20,000 nt of DNA from an uncultured virus (IMG/VR IMGVR_UViG_3300045421_000122) (taxonomy: Duplodnaviria > Heunggongvirae > Uroviricota > Caudoviricetes), in the IMG/VR virus record IMGVR_UViG_3300045421_000122; one strand, given 5' to 3'. The position numbers and the translations under genes are program-made. Under the pieces are notes generated by a model. It worked only from the letters and a program-made list of their open reading frames with translations. It did not search any database and was not told where the DNA came from. Positions 16,480 through 20,000 of this stretch are shown here, piece by piece. Within the stretch, counting starts at the first letter, position 1. Each line of letters begins with the position of its first letter.

Positions 16480-16488
16480 ATTATATCA
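16480..16488 (-). promoter_or_regulatory. Extended -10 promoter motif TGATATAAT; its TGA is the upstream stop codon
   Basis: Exact motif 8 nt before ATG 16471, which has no SD. Confidence 0.75.
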
Positions 16489-16701
16489 TAAAATGATAAA
16501 GGTGCTACCAATAACTGCTACGCCAATGCCTTGCGACGGAGGTATTGAAACGCCTATGTTTTCAAACCTTACTCTAAATGGATAAATGCCTTTGATATCT
16601 GCTGTATAAGATCCTATGTTAGATATTTTAGATTTAGAATAATTAACGGTATTTACAAATACCCTTCGACTTTGAATGTCTTTAACCTTAGCAACTGGCA
16701 T
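16486..16701 (-). CDS. Hypothetical protein, 71 aa, hydrophobic C-terminus (GIGVAVIGSTFIIL)
   Basis: Fills the gap; starts 2 nt after the upstream stop. Confidence 0.65.
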   Translation of the reverse strand: MPVAKVKDIQSRRVFVNTVNYSKSKISNIGSYTADIKGIYPFRVRFENIGVSIPPSQGIGVAVIGSTFIIL

Positions 16702-16703
16702 AA

Positions 16704-17099
16704 TTAACTTTCGTAAGGACCAGTTACATCTTCAATTACTGTGATTGTTCCTTTTGCTACCGTCCAAGTTCTGGTAGCGTCTGATAATTGAATATCAAAA
16801 ATATCATTTGTTTCTAAACTATCTGATTGCTCAGCGGTTAAGGCTACTGTGAATTCTCCGTCATCATCATCTGCGGTTACACCTGGAGTTAGAGAAACTA
16901 TAACCGTATCGCTTGTTGATCCTTGTCTAACAACATCCATTGCAATATCCCAATCAGAAATAGTTAATGGATTACGATCTTCATCTGTTACATAAACTCT
17001 AAATGCTGCTGTATCTCCACGAACAACTGTCCAAGAAATATTTGGTGGGGAAACGCCAATTGAAAATGATTCAGATCCTGCTCCTCTATAATTTGTCAT
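16704..17099 (-). CDS. Ig/BppU-N-like beta-sandwich virion adaptor, 131 aa (start revised to ATG 17099)
   Basis: TAATG coupling at 17097-17101; 'VVRGDT..FRV...GEFTVALTAEQS..L....FDIQL...TVAKGTITV..DVT' is a common baseplate/fibre-attachment fold pattern. Confidence 0.7.
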   Translation of the reverse strand: MTNYRGAGSESFSIGVSPPNISWTVVRGDTAAFRVYVTDEDRNPLTISDWDIAMDVVRQGSTSDTVIVSLTPGVTADDDDGEFTVALTAEQSDSLETNDIFDIQLSDATRTWTVAKGTITVIEDVTGPYES

Positions 17100-17623
17100 T
17101 ATGATAATCCTGCTTTCATTGATCCCCAAGTTCCATTGCCTTTGCTTGCACCTACAATAATTGTACCTGATACTGCTGATTTTGCTACCACGCCAATCAC
17201 ACCACCACCTGTTGTTGGTTGTGTTGCTGTAAGTCCGCCACCTTCTGCAACGTACAGCCTATCTCCAGCGGTATATGAAGAAGTATTAACTCCATTAAAT
17301 ACTCCTGTTAATACAACAACACCGTCAGATGTATTTGTAATAGTTGCTTCCGCTAAACCAACTACAGGAAATGTTGATAATGTGCTTGCATTTGATTTTG
17401 CAACTCTTGGTTTTGTTGCGCCATGTCCAATAATATAAACAGGATCACCTTTTGTTATTGTTACACCGCTTGTATTTGAAACTTCTAATGTAAGATACGG
17501 AAGTCCAAGGTCAGGTAAAACAGCATCAATTGCTTCTGCTAAATTTTGAATATCTTCATGTACGTTAACACTATCAGATGATAGCGGATAAGGCAAATCG
17601 TAATTTGTGGTCTCTGACGGCAT
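17099..17623 (-). CDS. Minor tail/decoration protein, 174 aa
   Basis: N-terminal 'TTNYDLPYP..SD..NVHEDIQNLAEAID' resembles actinophage minor-tail anchors; C-terminal 'ITKGDPVY...VGLA...GVVVLTG...AGDRLYV...G.LT.T.P' resembles capsid-cement-like beta domains. Confidence 0.7.
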   Translation of the reverse strand: MPSETTNYDLPYPLSSDSVNVHEDIQNLAEAIDAVLPDLGLPYLTLEVSNTSGVTITKGDPVYIIGHGATKPRVAKSNASTLSTFPVVGLAEATITNTSDGVVVLTGVFNGVNTSSYTAGDRLYVAEGGGLTATQPTTGGGVIGVVAKSAVSGTIIVGASKGNGTWGSMKAGLS

Positions 17624-17629
17624 GTGTTT

Positions 17630-17638
17630 ATTATATCA
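17630..17638 (-). promoter_or_regulatory. Extended -10 promoter motif TGATATAAT, leaderless configuration
   Basis: Exact motif 6 nt before ATG 17623; no SD. Confidence 0.78.
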
Positions 17639-17656
17639 CTTTCACTTAAAATAAAT

Positions 17657-17675
17657 ATTAACATTGTGTGTTAAT
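17657..17675. promoter_or_regulatory. Inverted repeat ATTAACA-N5-TGTTAAT between divergent promoters
   Basis: Perfect 7-bp arms, but in an AT-rich context so chance is possible. Confidence 0.4.
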
Positions 17676-17698
17676 GTATATAATATATCATATTTAAT

Positions 17699-17728
17699 TT
17701 GACAAATTATTCTAAAATGTGTTATACT
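17699..17728 (+). promoter_or_regulatory. Near-consensus primary-sigma promoter TTGACA-18 bp-TATACT with extended TG
   Basis: TTGACA 17699-17704, TG 17720-17721, TATACT 17723-17728; predicted +1 near A17735. Confidence 0.85.
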
Positions 17729-17776
17729 GGTGCTATGGCACCATTAAGGTGTCATTTCGTTTCTAAGGAGGTAAAC

Positions 17777-18331
17777 TTGATACGAAGTAAAAAACTATCT
17801 GGGGGCTGGGCAACACTGTTTACATTGAGCATGATTTTGGGTGTTCAATCTGGCGCTGTTGCCAAGAATAATTTATTAGAAAAACAGGGGCTAAATGCTA
17901 CAACCGCCGACAAAGCGGTTTTTTTGGTTTCTAAGACTAATAAAGATAAAATACTAGAAAAGTATGAAAATGCAACATCTCTAACTGATTCTGAACTAAT
18001 AGAATTATTAAAGGCTGTTGGTTTCAAGGGCAAGAGTCTTAAGATTGCTTATGCTGTAGCCAAGACAGAAAGTAATGGTAGACCTTTTGCATACAATGGA
18101 AACAAGAAAACCTTAGATCAAAGTTACGGCATATTTCAAATTAATATGATGTCCTTGCTTGGAGAAAAGCGTCGTGACAAATTTGAATTAGATCACAATG
18201 TAGACTTATTTAATCCAGTCATAAATGCTAAAATTGCATATTTTATGACAAATGGCGGGGAAGATTGGACATCATGGTCTTCCTACAAAACTGGTGCTAT
18301 TAATAAATGGCTAGGTAAGTTTTCTGCATAG
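17777..18331 (+). CDS. Lysozyme-like/SLT lytic transglycosylase with N-terminal signal peptide, 184 aa (TTG start)
   Basis: SD AAGGAGGT 17765-17772; basic n-region, hydrophobic h-region and AVA cleavage-like site; 'AVAKTESNG' (catalytic Glu), 'YGIFQIN', 'LFNPVINAKIA' and 'W.SW' motifs. Confidence 0.85.
   Translation: MIRSKKLSGGWATLFTLSMILGVQSGAVAKNNLLEKQGLNATTADKAVFLVSKTNKDKILEKYENATSLTDSELIELLKAVGFKGKSLKIAYAVAKTESNGRPFAYNGNKKTLDQSYGIFQINMMSLLGEKRRDKFELDHNVDLFNPVINAKIAYFMTNGGEDWTSWSSYKTGAINKWLGKFSA
17902..17925 (+). terminator. Intrinsic terminator-like hairpin inside the transglycosylase CDS
   Basis: AACCGC-CGACAAA-GCGGTT with a run of 7 T (17919-17925), in sense orientation. Confidence 0.6.
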
Positions 18332-18339
18332 TTTGTAAT

Positions 18340-18378
18340 ATAAAAATACCCCCTTGCTTTTGGCTTGGGGGTTTTTAT
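18340..18378. terminator. Bidirectional intrinsic terminator between convergent genes
   Basis: ATAAAAAT-ACCCCC-N13-GGGGGT-TTTTAT between the stops at 18331 (+) and 18388 (-). Confidence 0.8.
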
Positions 18379-18387
18379 TTGAGTTTA

Positions 18388-18720
18388 TTATTCTATTTCA
18401 ACCCAAGACAAAGTATCTTCGTCCCAAGACCATCTGTTATCAGTTGGCATAGGTGTTGGTGCTTCCCATAAATATGTTTGAGCATTTTTTGTCCAAGATG
18501 GAAATGGTTGCGGAGCATAAAATCCAACGCCATCAAAGTGATAACCAATTCCTGCGTAGTTTTTATGAATTGGATACTTGCCACCTGAGTGAACGCCACC
18601 ATAAGTGTTGTAAGAAGTCTGTACCCACTCACCACCTAGATTTTGCTCACACCAATCAACGCCATCAGCAACAATGACTTGAGTGACAATACCATCTTCT
18701 ACTTTAGCATAATGACCCAT
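18388..18720 (-). CDS. Small Trp/Pro-rich phage protein of the type found beside glycine-rich fibre genes, 110 aa
   Basis: SD AGGAGGT; 'MGHYAKV..GIVTQVIVA...WVQTSYN...KNYAGIGY...FYAPQPFPSW...WEAPTPMP...W.WDE..LSW' pattern; possible fibre chaperone or tip protein (inference). Confidence 0.75.
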   Translation of the reverse strand: MGHYAKVEDGIVTQVIVADGVDWCEQNLGGEWVQTSYNTYGGVHSGGKYPIHKNYAGIGYHFDGVGFYAPQPFPSWTKNAQTYLWEAPTPMPTDNRWSWDEDTLSWVEIE

Positions 18721-18900
18721 TTAGTTTACCTCCTGTCCATATAGTGTTTGTGTATCTACTAATTCTACTTCTCTTTTTGTCACGATACCGCCCTGTTCAT
18801 CTAGTTTCTTTTTGGCTTCCTCTTTTGTATCAGCAATAATATGAACTGTCATATTAACTGAGTATGAGTAGATAGATGTTTTTTTAGTTTCTTTTTTCAT
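18721..18900 (-). CDS. Small hypothetical protein, 59 aa, not in the ORF track
   Basis: Manual translation MKKETKKTSIYSYSVNMTVHIIADTKEEAKKKLDEQGGIVTKREVELVDTQTLYGQEVN*; purine-rich AGAGAG upstream; fills the gap and abuts the next ATG. Confidence 0.8.
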   Translation of the reverse strand: MKKETKKTSIYSYSVNMTVHIIADTKEEAKKKLDEQGGIVTKREVELVDTQTLYGQEVN

Positions 18901-18909
18901 ATTCTCTCT

Positions 18910-20000
18910 TTAGACTGCATACCGAATAATGACTACGCCTGAACCGCCATTACCGCCTTTGTTGATTACACCCGAAGAGCCACCACCGCCTCCACCACCC
19001 GTATTGGCTAGACCGTTTTCCGCTACGGTAGAAGAAGTCTGTCCAGCACCACCGCCACCTAAACCTCCTGAACCTCCAAAAGCAGTGTTAGTAGCACCAC
19101 CGCCACCTGCGTAATAATAAGTTCCACCTACATCATGACCACTACCAGTTTGAGCAGCCCAAGATGAATATGAAGATGAACCAACACCGCCCGCACCATT
19201 AGTATTTGGCAAAGAAGCGTTGCCACCTACTGCACCAGCACCACCACCTCCACCACCAGGATAGTTGGGAGCAGACTGGTTGCCAGTTCCACCATTGTTG
19301 CCTTGTCCAGTTGTGCCAGTTCCAGCCACTCCACCACCGCCACCACCTGAGCCGCCACCACCTGAGCCACCATTTCCAGCAGTATAACTATTTCCAGCCC
19401 CTGCGCCATATCCACCACCGACAGCCGTTAAAGTGCTAAACCCAGAACCACTAATTGTAGAATTGCCACCACTTGTTGCTGGACTATAAGAAACGGAACC
19501 ATTACCACCATTTCCTACTGTAACAGTATAGGTTGTCGCGCTGCCAAAACTTTGTGAACTAGCATACAAAAGACCGCCAGCACCACCACCACCGCCTGAA
19601 TCTTGACCGCCACCGCCTCCTCCTGCGACCAATAATGTTTCTGCATTAGAAATTGCTTGATTAGGAGTAAATGTTCCCGATTGCAAAAACGCGTGATAGA
19701 AATAAGCACCATCAGTTGTTATATTGCCACCTGTTGCTTTAGCACCAGATAAAGTAGTGCTTGTAGTAAAGGTTCCCGAAGAATTAAAAGTATGTATTGT
19801 ATATCCTCCTGATGATGTAATTAAACCGCCCATTGCTTGTTGAGCACCTAAGTAGCGAGCAATTACAACTCCCGACCCACCTTTGCCGCCAGCCCGACTG
19901 GCTCCATCTCCCCCTCCGCCACCGCCACCTAAATTAAGTGTTCCATTTGTTGCCGCATTGTTTGTACCAGCACCATCACCTCCTCCACCTGTGCCTCCTG
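18910..20000 (-). CDS. Glycine-rich repeat virion/fibre protein, 5'-truncated by the window edge
   Basis: The frame of ORF 18910..19833 stays open to the window end and encodes the end of a previous domain copy (GGKGGSGVVIARY) matching the C-terminal GGNGGSGVVIIRY; 'LLVAGGGGGG...GGGGAGG' domain start. Confidence 0.88.
   Translation of the reverse strand, partial: GGTGGGGDGAGTNNAATNGTLNLGGGGGGGDGASRAGGKGGSGVVIARYLGAQQAMGGLITSSGGYTIHTFNSSGTFTTSTTLSGAKATGGNITTDGAYFYHAFLQSGTFTPNQAISNAETLLVAGGGGGGQDSGGGGGAGGLLYASSQSFGSATTYTVTVGNGGNGSVSYSPATSGGNSTISGSGFSTLTAVGGGYGAGAGNSYTAGNGGSGGGGSGGGGGGVAGTGTTGQGNNGGTGNQSAPNYPGGGGGGAGAVGGNASLPNTNGAGGVGSSSYSSWAAQTGSGHDVGGTYYYAGGGGATNTAFGGSGGLGGGGAGQTSSTVAENGLANTGGGGGGGSSGVINKGGNGGSGVVIIRYAV

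Noticed and set aside
17699..17734. ORF-track start of the 210-aa plus-strand ORF at TTG 17699
   Set aside because: This TTG is the first half of the -35 box TTGACA and lies upstream of the predicted transcript; the SD-led TTG at 17777 gives a proper signal peptide.
1230..19439. Numerous plus-strand ORFs antisense to structural genes (e.g. 3503-3856, 4832-5248, 13441-13884, 15102-15671) and short alternate-frame minus ORFs
   Set aside because: They overlap well-supported genes, show no recognisable motifs and are expected shadows of biased codon usage.
18940..20000. CCACC/CCGCC short repeats as a CRISPR or tandem DNA repeat
   Set aside because: Explained by runs of glycine codons on the minus strand; no constant repeat-spacer period.
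1..20000. Alternative genetic code (stop-codon reassignment)
   Set aside because: Genes tile the window densely under the standard code, and TAA, TGA and TAG all occur at plausible gene ends.

Overview
AT-rich tailed-phage (Caudoviricetes) virion-morphogenesis region, almost all on the minus strand. In transcription order (right to left): a glycine-rich fibre-like gene running off the window, two small genes, a cluster of modular fibre/decoration genes, a class II (B12-dependent, monomeric RTPR/NrdJ-type) ribonucleotide reductase inserted among structural genes, a 1193-aa beta-rich protein, a small unknown gene, portal, HK97-type prohead protease with a nested scaffold gene, major capsid protein, a small helix-extension-helix-like protein and four head-completion/neck genes. 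The only credible plus-strand gene is a signal-peptide-bearing lysozyme/SLT-like transglycosylase. Gene style and short or absent leaders suggest a low-GC freshwater actinobacterial host (inference). The most interesting signals are regulatory: (i) eight TGnTATA(A/C)T promoter motifs at gene starts with no recognisable -35, about half positioned for leaderless mRNA; (ii) two 25-bp palindromes exactly 105 bp apart bracketing the RNR promoter; (iii) a transglycosylase gene with an intrinsic terminator inside its reading frame, where both this hairpin and a 5'-leader hairpin are followed by the same 13-nt motif TTTSGTTTCTAAG. No terminase, tRNA, CRISPR, integrase or reverse transcriptase is seen. 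Family assignments come from motif recognition, not database searches.
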